Assembly (NCBI GenBank): GCA_038236695.1
Contig: JBBRZM010000004.1
Span: forward strand, 24,716 to 88,715
DNA length: 64,000 nucleotides
Reading direction: 5' to 3'
From: Acidimicrobiia bacterium
GTDB lineage: Bacteria; Actinomycetota; Acidimicrobiia; IMCC26256; JBBRZM01
Shown here: positions 55,981-64,000 of the stretch, one piece after another
Numbering within the stretch: the stretch's first letter is position 1
How the letters are laid out: the number at the start of each line of letters is the position of its first letter
Position numbers and translations under genes: made by a program
The notes under the pieces: model-generated
Told to the model about the DNA's origin: nothing
What the model saw: only the letters and a program-made list of their open reading frames with translations
Databases searched by the model: none

Positions 55981-57567
55981 CTACGTGACGCCCAACCGGT
56001 CGGCGGCGAGCTCACGAAGGACCCGGTAGTTGGCCTTTCCGGCCGCGGAGCGGTCGAGCGAATCGACGAACAGAAAACGCTTCGGCTTCTTGTACCCCGC
56101 GAGCTTCGAGCGGCAGAACGCCTCCAGCTCGGCCTCGTCGAGGTAGTGGTTTTCGGTCACTTGGACGAGCGCGACGACCATCTCGCCGAAACGCGCGTCG
56201 GGTACGCCGACGACCACGCAGTCGAACACGCCCTTGTGCTTGCGGAGCATCAGCTCGATCTCCTCGGGATACACCTTCTCGCCGCCGCTGTTGATGCACG
56301 CCGAACCGCGACCGAGGAGCTTGATGGTGCCGTCGGCATCGACCGTCGCGTAGTCACCCGGAATCGAGTAGCGCACCCCGTCGACCAGCTTGAACGTCTC
56401 GCGGGTCTTCTCCGGATCGTTGTAGTAGCCGAGCGGGATGTGTCCCGTCACCGCGACGAGGCCGATCTCCTCGGAGCCGGGCGCAACTTCACGGCCGGTG
56501 TGCTCGTCGAGCACCTTCACGCGCGCGTTGACGGCGAAGCGCGCCGGTTTGATCACCAGGTCGTCAGACGTGGCCTCGCTGCGGGTCATCATCCCTTCCG
56601 ACGCGCCGAGCGAGTCGAGGAGCGTGGTGTGGGGGAGATGCTTCAGCAGCCCCACCTTCGTCTCCGGGCTCCACGTGACGCCCGACGAGGTGATCGCGCG
56701 CAGCGATGTGAGATCCCAGCGGTCAGGATCGCGATCGAGTGCCACGAGCAACGGACGCGCAAACACGTCGCCGACGATCGTGAGCACCTGCACGGCCTCG
56801 CGCTCCACTGCATCCCACACCGCGCGGGGGTCGAGACCCGGCTCGTCGAGCAGCACGACGGTGCCGCCGCCGCTCAGGGTGGAGAGCGCGATGAAGAGGC
56901 CGGTGCCGTGCATGAGCGGACATGCGGGCAGGCACGTGCCCGCGCGCTTTCCGGCCCGCGCCGCGGCGATCGGGTCGGGCGGCTCCGTGCCCGGCCGGCC
57001 CAGGCTCCATAACGCGGCGTAGAGGTCGTCGTTGCGCCACATCACGCCTTTCGGCATGCCGGTGGTGCCGCCGGTGTAGAGAAAAATGAGGTCGTCGGCG
57101 CTCGGCACGCGCTCGCGCCAGTCGCTCGTCGGCTCGTTGCTCGCGATCGCGGTCTCGTAGGGCGCACCCGTCTCGAGCGTGACCGGCCGCCACTTCTTGC
57201 CGATGCGCTTCACCGCCTGCTTCACCGTCGCCGCGAACGCAGGGCCGTGGATCACGGCCTTCGAGTCGGAGTTGTCGATGACGTAGTGCGTTTCGTCGAC
57301 GAGGTAGCGGTAGTTGATGTTGACCGGCGTGGCCCCGAGCTTGAGTGCGGCGAAGAACGTCTCGAGGTACTCGGGGCGGTTGGTCATGTCGATCGCCACC
57401 TTGTCGCCGGCGGCGACCCCGTGGTCGTACAAGTAGGTGGCGAGGCGCGCTGAGCGATCGTCGAACGCGCCGAAGGTGACCCGGCGATCGCCGCAGACGA
57501 GGGCGTCACGGTCGGGGACGGCCAGCGCGATGCCGTGCCACACGTGCGCGAAATTCCAGTCGGACAT
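55981..57567 (-). CDS. fadD: acyl-CoA synthetase (AMP-forming)
   Basis: LYTGGTTGMPKGVMW AMP-binding motif. ATG 57567 (MSDWNFAHVW) inside the longer ORF. Confidence 0.85.
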   Translation of the reverse strand: MSDWNFAHVWHGIALAVPDRDALVCGDRRVTFGAFDDRSARLATYLYDHGVAAGDKVAIDMTNRPEYLETFFAALKLGATPVNINYRYLVDETHYVIDNSDSKAVIHGPAFAATVKQAVKRIGKKWRPVTLETGAPYETAIASNEPTSDWRERVPSADDLIFLYTGGTTGMPKGVMWRNDDLYAALWSLGRPGTEPPDPIAAARAGKRAGTCLPACPLMHGTGLFIALSTLSGGGTVVLLDEPGLDPRAVWDAVEREAVQVLTIVGDVFARPLLVALDRDPDRWDLTSLRAITSSGVTWSPETKVGLLKHLPHTTLLDSLGASEGMMTRSEATSDDLVIKPARFAVNARVKVLDEHTGREVAPGSEEIGLVAVTGHIPLGYYNDPEKTRETFKLVDGVRYSIPGDYATVDADGTIKLLGRGSACINSGGEKVYPEEIELMLRKHKGVFDCVVVGVPDARFGEMVVALVQVTENHYLDEAELEAFCRSKLAGYKKPKRFLFVDSLDRSAAGKANYRVLRELAADRLGVT

Positions 57568-57694
57568 CGGGTCGGAGGTTACGCGGCACCACGGCAAGGC
57601 AGGCGAAGACAGACGAGCTGACGAATGACAGGCGTGTAACCACCCTCGGGCCCGATCGGGGTCCGTTGTGTGGCGCCGGTTCGCTACAGCCCCA

Positions 57695-57743
57695 GCGTTT
57701 GGTACTGAGCGTGGCCTCTGGGAACCACTTTTGAACAAACGGT
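57695..57743 (-). repeat. 49-nt conserved element, copy C (diverged, about 36/49 identical to copy B)
   Basis: Minus-strand reading ACCGTTTGTTCAAAAGTGGTTCCCAGAGGCCACGCTCAGTACCAAACGC, in the fadD/phosphoesterase divergent intergenic region. Confidence 0.7.
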
Positions 57744-57794
57744 CGTTGCGTGGAGCTCCGTGCGCTTCGTCCATCCATCGGGTAAGCAATCGGC

Positions 57795-59210
57795 ATGACT
57801 GACCGATATCTCTCTCGTCGCGACCTCCTCAAGACCTCGGCCGCCCTCGGCCTCGGGCTCGCGGCGGCGCCGTATCTCCACCTCGACGGCCTCAACGGGC
57901 TCGACGGGATCGCGGGCGCCGCGCTGAACGGAAAGAAGAAGCCGCCGTTACGCAAGCCGGGGTCTCGGCCCGACCCGAAGCGTCGCGAAGGCACCGACCT
58001 GTTGCCGAAGATCGATCACATCGTCGTCGTGATGATGGAAAACCACTCATTCGACAACTACTTCGGCATGCTGCGCCGCGGTGACGGGCTGTCGCTCGAC
58101 AAGCACGGGAAGCCGAAAAACACCAACCCCGACGGGGGGGGCAACCTCGTCCGTTCGTTTCACATGCCGAGCGCATGCCAGATCACCAAGAACCCGAATC
58201 AAGATTGGAACGCGAGCCACCTGTCCCTCGAGAATCACAACCAGGGATTCGTCAAGGCGTGCACGCCGGTGGCAATGGGTTACTGGACGGGCGACGATCT
58301 GCCCTTCTATTACGGGCTCGGCAAGACGTTTGCGTTGTGCGACCGCTGGTTCGGCTCGTGCCTCGCGCAGACGTATCCCAACCGTCGGTACCTGATGGCC
58401 GGAACGTCCTACGGCACGTTGACTACTAGCGTTCCGGAGCTGACGACGTTGGGCCCTCCGCCCAACGGCACGATCTTCGACCGGCTCGACGCGCACCACA
58501 TCAGCTGGAAGAACTACGCGTCCGACCTCGCGTCGATCGCGATCATTCCGCAAGCATTCTTGAAGAGTCAGAAGAACGTCTCGACCATTCCGCAGTACTA
58601 CAAGGATTGCGCGGCCGGCACCCTTCCGCAGTTCTCGCTCGTCGACCCGAAGTTCGTCACCCCGGAGACGAGCGAGGAGAATCCCCAAGACATCCGCCTC
58701 GGCGAAGACTTCGCCGCCCGGGCCATCAACGCGGCGATGACGGGAAAGGCGTGGAAGAACACGGTGCTCATCTGGACGTACGACGAGCACGGCGGCTACT
58801 ACGACCACGTCACACCACCCAGCGCGGTGAAACCCGACAGCATCGCGCCCAACATCCCAATGCCGCCCGGTGCGAGTGGTGGCTTCGACCGTTACGGCTT
58901 CCGGGTACCGGCCGTCATCGTGTCGCCGTACGCGAAGAAGAAGTACGTGTCGCACGTGACCCACGACCACACGTCGATTCTGAAGCTGGTCGAGACCAAG
59001 TGGAACCTCGGCGCGCTGACGTACCGCGATGCCAACGCCGACAACCTGCTCGACGCACTCGATTTCAAGAAGAAGCCCGCGTTCCTCCATCCGCCCAAGC
59101 TTCCGAAGTCGGCACTCGAGCGCGACGGCGCGTCGGCCAAGGCGTGCACGGCAGGCGATCCGAGCAACGCGATCCCGCCGGCCGACGCAGTGACCGCCGC
59201 GAAGACCTGA
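57795..59210 (+). CDS. Tat-secreted phosphoesterase family protein (phospholipase C / acid phosphatase type)
   Basis: Twin-arginine signal SRRDLLKTSAALGLGLAAAP. IDHIVVVMMENHSFDNYFG phosphoesterase motif. Confidence 0.8.
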   Translation: MTDRYLSRRDLLKTSAALGLGLAAAPYLHLDGLNGLDGIAGAALNGKKKPPLRKPGSRPDPKRREGTDLLPKIDHIVVVMMENHSFDNYFGMLRRGDGLSLDKHGKPKNTNPDGGGNLVRSFHMPSACQITKNPNQDWNASHLSLENHNQGFVKACTPVAMGYWTGDDLPFYYGLGKTFALCDRWFGSCLAQTYPNRRYLMAGTSYGTLTTSVPELTTLGPPPNGTIFDRLDAHHISWKNYASDLASIAIIPQAFLKSQKNVSTIPQYYKDCAAGTLPQFSLVDPKFVTPETSEENPQDIRLGEDFAARAINAAMTGKAWKNTVLIWTYDEHGGYYDHVTPPSAVKPDSIAPNIPMPPGASGGFDRYGFRVPAVIVSPYAKKKYVSHVTHDHTSILKLVETKWNLGALTYRDANADNLLDALDFKKKPAFLHPPKLPKSALERDGASAKACTAGDPSNAIPPADAVTAAKT

Positions 59211-59255
59211 CCGTCGGCGGATGGCGGATGGCGACCGAAACCGTCTCGCCTGCGT

Positions 59256-60983
59256 TCAGACCGCCGGGGGCGGGCCGGCCTCGCCGGTCTCGTAGCAGCG
59301 CAGCAAGCTCTGGAGCCACGCGCAGCTGTTGTCGAGACCACCGGGCCGATTCCGCGCCTGCCACAACCGGCGATGCTCGGCGATGACCGGGCCGAGCTCG
59401 CCGGCAAGCGCCCGTCGGTGCTCGGGCGAGATCGACTCGAGGCTGCCGTTGCCTTCGAGTCGGGCGATGCCGTCGTGCACGAGCACGCGCACGAGCGCGA
59501 TCGCGTTGCGGAGCTCGTCGCGCACGAGGACGCCGTCGTCACTGGGCGGACGGGAGCGGGCGATTCGGGCCTCGACGGCGTCGAGCTGTTCTGCGACGCG
59601 GTGCAGCTCGTCGACCGTGAGGCCCTTGGTGGGCCCGCGATCGAGGTGTAACTGCGGGAAGTAGAGATGCATGACGAGCGCGGAGACGTTCGGCACCTGC
59701 GGGCGGATCGCGAGATACAAGTCGCCGAGCTCGATGAGCGCGGCGCCGAGCTCGCCGCTCTCGTCATCGAACCGGTGCGCGTTGAGCGCAGCCGCGAGGT
59801 CGAGGTCGCGGTTGGTGTCGACGCACCATGACACGGCGGCGCCGTACGCGAAGCCGGGCTCACTGATCGGCAGGTACTGCAGATGGCCGAAGTCGCCCCA
59901 GTCGGTATTGAGGAAGCCGCTCGCTCCGTGTGAGAGGGCTGCGTCCATCGCGTTCGCGCAGTTGTCCCGCATGTTGGTGACGCGCCCGAGGATCGTGAGC
60001 CAGCTCGACGTGCCCGGACACACCCAGAAGCGCCGGCGGGCGGCCGCGAACGCCGCGGCCCGTTCGTCGAACGGATACCAATCGTCGTAGCCCCATTCGC
60101 AGACGGTCACCGTGTCGGGAAGCGCCCTGATGAGCTCCCCGCGGCCGGCGAGGATGTCGCCCCACACGAGCACTTCGTATCCATCGAGCTCGGGGAGCGC
60201 GCTCACGGTGCGGGTCCAAGCGATGTAGTCGTCGATGCGCTCGGCGCCCAGCTCCCACGGCTCGTCGAGGCCGACGTGGACGCGCCGGCTCGTGAAGTTG
60301 GCCAGCAACTCGTGGAGGAGTCCGCGCACGAGGTCGATCGAGCCGGGGTTCGTCGGCTCGATCGTGGTGGGCTCGCGGCGGCGACCGAAATCATCGGTGA
60401 ACCCCTCGGGTGTCATCGCGAGCGCGCGGTACCGGTCGTGGGCCAACCAGCGCTCCATATGGCCCATGCAGTTCTGGTTCGGTACCAGCTCGACATGCCG
60501 TTCGCGGCAGAACGAGTCGAGCGCCCGGACCTCGTCGGGCGTGAACGGGCTCGCTGTGCGCCACACGTCCTCATGGTCGTGGTACGCGAACGTGTGCTCC
60601 ATGTACAGCTGGACCTGGTTGACCTTCCAGGACGCCAGCCGGTCGATCAGCGCGTAGAGCGTGTCCATCGTCGGCACTTTGTCGCGCGAGACGTCCAGCA
60701 TCACGCCGCGTACCGGAAGGTCGGGCCAGTCACGGATCGTGACGACCGGCAGTGCGTCGCCGGGATGCTGTTTCAGCAGCTGCGCGAGCGTTGCGCGGGC
60801 GTAGAACTCGCCCGGCGTGTCGGCGGCAACGATCGTGATCGCGTCGGGTGTGATGTGCAGCTCGTAGCCCTCAGCGGGAAGCGACGGGTTGCGAGTGACG
60901 ATCGGTTCGCGCACCGTCGCTGCCGGCCCGTCGCCGACCTCGAGGTGACGCGGCGCGGGCAGCAGATCGAACGTCGAGGTCAC
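59256..60983 (-). CDS. glycoside hydrolase family 20-like protein (beta-N-acetylhexosaminidase-like), no signal peptide
   Basis: RGVMLDVSRDKVPTMDTL..., VHVGLDEPWE (GH20 D-E pair region). GTG 60983 overlaps the upstream stop. The 820-aa ORF was not accepted. Confidence 0.7.
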   Translation of the reverse strand: MTSTFDLLPAPRHLEVGDGPAATVREPIVTRNPSLPAEGYELHITPDAITIVAADTPGEFYARATLAQLLKQHPGDALPVVTIRDWPDLPVRGVMLDVSRDKVPTMDTLYALIDRLASWKVNQVQLYMEHTFAYHDHEDVWRTASPFTPDEVRALDSFCRERHVELVPNQNCMGHMERWLAHDRYRALAMTPEGFTDDFGRRREPTTIEPTNPGSIDLVRGLLHELLANFTSRRVHVGLDEPWELGAERIDDYIAWTRTVSALPELDGYEVLVWGDILAGRGELIRALPDTVTVCEWGYDDWYPFDERAAAFAAARRRFWVCPGTSSWLTILGRVTNMRDNCANAMDAALSHGASGFLNTDWGDFGHLQYLPISEPGFAYGAAVSWCVDTNRDLDLAAALNAHRFDDESGELGAALIELGDLYLAIRPQVPNVSALVMHLYFPQLHLDRGPTKGLTVDELHRVAEQLDAVEARIARSRPPSDDGVLVRDELRNAIALVRVLVHDGIARLEGNGSLESISPEHRRALAGELGPVIAEHRRLWQARNRPGGLDNSCAWLQSLLRCYETGEAGPPPAV

Positions 60984-62194
60984 CACCGGCCGAAGCGCGC
61001 GGCGTAGTGCTCGTCGGGCCAGTACACGATGTCGCGCGCCTTCAGGTCGTCGAGTTGCGCGTCGTCGTAGCCGAGCCACTCGAGGATGTCGCGCGTGTGC
61101 TGTCCGACGAGCGGTGGGGGACCGTGCACGACTCCCGGTGTCTCCGAGAAGTTGATCAGCTCGCCGAACTGGCGCATGAGGCCCATCGTCGGGTGCTCGT
61201 ACTCCGCGGCGAGCCCGAGCGCGACGTTGTCGGCGTCGAAGAGCGCGAGGTCGCCTTGGTGCGAGTCGAGCGGGATCTCGTTGGGCACACCCGCGTCGTC
61301 GAGCGCGAGCGACCACGAGATCGCGGTCTTGGCGAGGAACCGGGGCGCGAGCAACGCCTCGAGCTGTTTGCGATGCTCTCCCCGCGCGGTTCGCGTCGCG
61401 AACCGCGCATCGCCGGCAAGCTCGGGTACACCGAGCGCGCCACAGAGCGCGATCCACTCTGGTTCTCGTACCGCTGCGACCTGCAGCCATCCGTCCTGCG
61501 TTTCGTACAGGCGATAACACGCGTCCACGCCGTACAAACCCACATCGAGTCGAGGCCGCGGCACGGGTGCGCCGTCGACGAGCAGCGCGTCCGACGAAAA
61601 TACCGCGCCACCGTCGAGCAATGACGTCCACACCTCCTGGCCTTCGCCGGTCAGCCGCTGGTGATACAGCGCGGTGAGCACGCCGACGACCGAGAGCATC
61701 GCGTTGGCCGCGTCGCACATCCCGAAGCGGTAGTAGAGCGGCTGGTTCCCTTCGTGCGTCGCGCCGGCTTCGTACTCGAGCCCGGCCGCGGCCTGGTACA
61801 GGGGATCAAGGCCGCCGAAATGCGAGAGCGGACCCTCCCGTCCGTAGGCGTAGGTGTTGCAGTAGACGATGTCGGGCTTGATCCCCTTGCACGCGTCGTA
61901 GTCGATGCCGAGCCGCGTCGCGACACCCTGGGTCATGTTGTGGTGCACGATGTCGGCTCGCTCGATCAGCTGGTGCGCGATCACGAGTCCCTCGGACGTC
62001 TTGATATTGAGCGCGAGATCACGTTTGCCGCGCTGGCAACCGAAGAACGGCTTGCCGGCCATGCGCATGGCGTCGCCGGTGACGGGCTCGACCTTGATCA
62101 CGTCGGCACCGAGGTCGCCGATGATCATCGGTCCGAACGGGCCCGCGAGGTACTGGCCGAAGTCGATGAGCCGCACGCCCTCGAGCGCGTACAC
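60980..62194 (-). CDS. CoA-transferase family III (CaiB/BaiF)
   Basis: LEGVRLIDFGQYLAGPFGPMIIGDLGADVIKVEP. The GTG start directly abuts the upstream stop. Confidence 0.85.
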   Translation of the reverse strand: MYALEGVRLIDFGQYLAGPFGPMIIGDLGADVIKVEPVTGDAMRMAGKPFFGCQRGKRDLALNIKTSEGLVIAHQLIERADIVHHNMTQGVATRLGIDYDACKGIKPDIVYCNTYAYGREGPLSHFGGLDPLYQAAAGLEYEAGATHEGNQPLYYRFGMCDAANAMLSVVGVLTALYHQRLTGEGQEVWTSLLDGGAVFSSDALLVDGAPVPRPRLDVGLYGVDACYRLYETQDGWLQVAAVREPEWIALCGALGVPELAGDARFATRTARGEHRKQLEALLAPRFLAKTAISWSLALDDAGVPNEIPLDSHQGDLALFDADNVALGLAAEYEHPTMGLMRQFGELINFSETPGVVHGPPPLVGQHTRDILEWLGYDDAQLDDLKARDIVYWPDEHYAARFGRW

Positions 62195-63358
62195 CTAGCT
62201 GGCTCCTGTCACTGCGGTGAGCGCGTCGGCGCTGTAGCCGAGCTCGGTCCAGATCTCGTGGTTGTGCGCGCCGACCGGGGGAAGCGGCCCCTTGATCGCG
62301 CCCGCTGTGCCGAGCAGGTTGATCGGCACACCGATCTGTGTCGTGGACCCGAGCTCCGGATCGTCGACTTGCGCGACCATCCCGTTCGCCGCGAGCTGCG
62401 GATGCGGATCCGAGAGCGCTTCCTCCATCGTGATGACGGGCTCGACGGCGTAGTTGTTGGCCCGCAGCTCGGCGACCAACGTGTCGCGGTCGTGCTGTTT
62501 GTACGCGTCGCGCTGGCGCTGCGCGAGGTCGGCGCGCTGCGCAGGAGTCCAGTCCTGCATCTCGAGCGGAATGGGCGACGGAGGCGCACCGACGATCTCG
62601 TCGAGGCTCTTCAGCGGCGCAAGGCCGCTCATCACCGACAAGTGGAGGTACTCGCGATTCGCGCACTCGTAGATCAGCTGCTGGTGCACACCCGGCGGGT
62701 ACGTCTTGCCCATGAGGTCGTGAAACGGGGCGTCGGCGTGCTCGACGTGCTGCCAGATCTGCGTCGTATAGAGGAACGCTCCCTGGAGCAGCGAGGTGGA
62801 GACGTGCTGGCCGTGTCCCGTTGCTTCCCGCGCCACCAGCGCGGTGACGATGCCGGTCGGCACCAGGAACATCGCGCCCATGCTCGGCATCGGCATGTGC
62901 AAGAAGATCGGGCCCATGCGCCAGCCCGGCTGCTCCCACTGCTGACCCGACGCCGCCTGTACCAGCGCGTCGTAGCCGGGCCGGTCCGCGAGCCGGTGTC
63001 CCGGTGGGTAGCCGGGCACGGAGCAGTAGATCAGCCGCGGGTGCTGCGCGTGCAGCGCCTCATAACCGACGCCGAGCCGCTCCATCACGGCCGGGCGGAA
63101 ACTCTCCACGAGCACGTCGGCGGTCCCGGCCAGCTTCGTGAACGCGTCGATGCCTGCACCCGACTTCAGGTCGACGGTCACCGACCGGCGGCTGCGTCCC
63201 CACACGTGCGTGCCCGTGTAGTCGCGGAACGGATCTCCGCCGGGCGGCTCGACCTTGATCACGTCGGCGCCCTGTTCTGCGAGCAGCAGCACACCGAGCG
63301 GACCCGCGACGCCCCACGACAGATCGAGGATCCGAACTCCGTCGAGCGCTCCCGCCAT
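62195..63358 (-). CDS. CoA-transferase family III (CaiB/BaiF)
   Basis: LDGVRILDLSWGVAGPLGVLLLAEQGADVIKVEPPGGDPFR. ATG 63358 with a GGAGGA Shine-Dalgarno. Confidence 0.85.
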   Translation of the reverse strand: MAGALDGVRILDLSWGVAGPLGVLLLAEQGADVIKVEPPGGDPFRDYTGTHVWGRSRRSVTVDLKSGAGIDAFTKLAGTADVLVESFRPAVMERLGVGYEALHAQHPRLIYCSVPGYPPGHRLADRPGYDALVQAASGQQWEQPGWRMGPIFLHMPMPSMGAMFLVPTGIVTALVAREATGHGQHVSTSLLQGAFLYTTQIWQHVEHADAPFHDLMGKTYPPGVHQQLIYECANREYLHLSVMSGLAPLKSLDEIVGAPPSPIPLEMQDWTPAQRADLAQRQRDAYKQHDRDTLVAELRANNYAVEPVITMEEALSDPHPQLAANGMVAQVDDPELGSTTQIGVPINLLGTAGAIKGPLPPVGAHNHEIWTELGYSADALTAVTGAS

Positions 63359-63386
63359 GACGCGCTTCCTCCGTTCGGACCGGGTC

Positions 63387-63411
63387 GGTGAGGTTGGTGA
63401 GGTTGGTGAGG
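63387..63411. repeat. 9-bp tandem repeat x2.8 (GGTGAGGTT)
   Basis: Read directly from the sequence, ~30 nt upstream of the CoA-transferase start. Confidence 0.9.
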
Positions 63412-63462
63412 CAGCGTCGCACATCGCTGACGCGGGTGTCATTCGTCGCGCGTTTGACGCGA

Positions 63463-63476
63463 CGAACACATGTTCG
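63463..63476. promoter_or_regulatory. LexA-type SOS (Cheo) box
   Basis: CGAACACATGTTCG is a perfect CGAAC-N4-GTTCG palindrome. CATAAT, a -10-like hexamer, follows 8 nt downstream. It lies upstream of the small ORF and xseA, and is divergent from the CoA-transferase operon. Confidence 0.6.
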
Positions 63477-63552
63477 TTAGTGTCATAATCGCCTCGTGAG
63501 TCGGCGTCGAACGACTCTCCTGCGATTGCGGTGCGAATTCTCGGAGGGAATC

Positions 63553-63843
63553 ATGTCGGTCGATGAACGGCGACGACACGAGATGTATCGCAAGCTCGAG
63601 CAAGTACTCGGGTCCCACGACGCGACGACGCTGATGGAACACCGCCCGCCCACCGGATGGGCCGACCTGGTCACGAACCAATCACTCGACCTCCGCATCG
63701 AGTCGCTCGACCTCCGCCTCGCGGCGCTGGAGCAGCGCATCCGGGCCGACATTCGCGACCAAGTGCAACGGATCGTGTTCTGGTTCGCGCCCACGATGCT
63801 CACCGGCGTCGGGCTCGCGTTCGCGGCAGCCCGTCTCGGCTGA
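63553..63843 (+). CDS. small hypothetical protein with C-terminal TM helix
   Basis: GGAGGG Shine-Dalgarno 6 nt upstream of ATG 63553. Coiled-coil-like LDLRIESLDLRLAALEQRIRADI, then FWFAPTMLTGVGLAFAAA. Confidence 0.45.
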   Translation: MSVDERRRHEMYRKLEQVLGSHDATTLMEHRPPTGWADLVTNQSLDLRIESLDLRLAALEQRIRADIRDQVQRIVFWFAPTMLTGVGLAFAAARLG

Positions 63844-63850
63844 GCGACGC

Positions 63851-64000
63851 ATGGACGAACCCACGTTCACCATCAACGAGCTCAACACCGTGATCCGCGG
63901 CGCACTCACCGACGCGTTCCCGCACGAAGTCTGGGTGCGCGGCGAAGTGCAGCGCATCACAACCTCGCGCACCGGCCACACCTACTTCGAGCTGGTCGAG
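63851..64000 (+). CDS. xseA: exodeoxyribonuclease VII large subunit, 3' end beyond window
   Basis: MDEPTFTINELNTVIRGALTDAFPHEVWVRGEVQRITTSRTGHTYFELVE matches the XseA N-terminal OB-fold pattern (SV.ELN..I...L...F..VWV.GE......SGH.YF.L). Confidence 0.75.
   Translation, partial: MDEPTFTINELNTVIRGALTDAFPHEVWVRGEVQRITTSRTGHTYFELVE

Noticed and set aside
57721-57747. ECF-sigma-type -35/-10 (GGAAC-N16-GTC) as the general explanation of the 49-nt element
   Set aside because: The -10 part (CGTT/GTC) is present only in copy C. In copies A and B the equivalent promoter would fire antisense into guaB3 and icd. It is kept only as a local possibility for copy C.

Overview
Very GC-rich Actinomycetota-type chromosomal segment; third codon positions are almost all G/C, but I did not compute an exact GC value. 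It is densely coding, and many neighbouring genes are translationally coupled by 1-4 nt GTGA/ATGA overlaps. Bases 1-41 kb, almost all on the plus strand, are conserved housekeeping synteny: truA (partial), rplM-rpsI-glmM, an unusually long glmS-like gene, acpS-nnr-CBS-alr, tsaE-tsaB-rimI-tsaD, CIRCE-groES, guaB3-guaA, class I fba, dtd, pcrA, sucCD, purN-purH-folD, icd, mdh and ogt. Bases 44-64 kb, mostly on the minus strand, are metabolic and look more accessory. They hold a cfa-like methyltransferase; a glycerol cluster (glpD, FAD-linked oxidase, FGGY kinase); and a TreT-like glycosyltransferase coupled to an MBL-rhodanese fusion and a rhodanese. They also hold a Zc3h12a/NYN-S1 protein with a Lys/Ala tail, fadD, a Tat-secreted phosphoesterase, GH20 coupled to two CoA-transferases, a perfect LexA box and xseA (partial). 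The one clear mobile island is a ~3.05 kb insertion (41278-44324). It is bounded by IS481-type inverted repeats and a 7-bp CTAGACC direct repeat, and it sits exactly between the stop codons of two convergent genes. It carries a tightly coupled two-gene secreted/surface-protein module plus IS6-like and IS481-like transposase remnants. Other signals are a 49-nt hairpin-containing element present three times, a triplicated guaA 3' end that creates two 5-codon mini-ORFs, a near-double-length GlmS-like protein and an orphan groES. I found no rRNA, tRNA or CRISPR array. All functional calls come from motifs I recognised in the supplied translations and from reading the DNA; no database search or computation was run.
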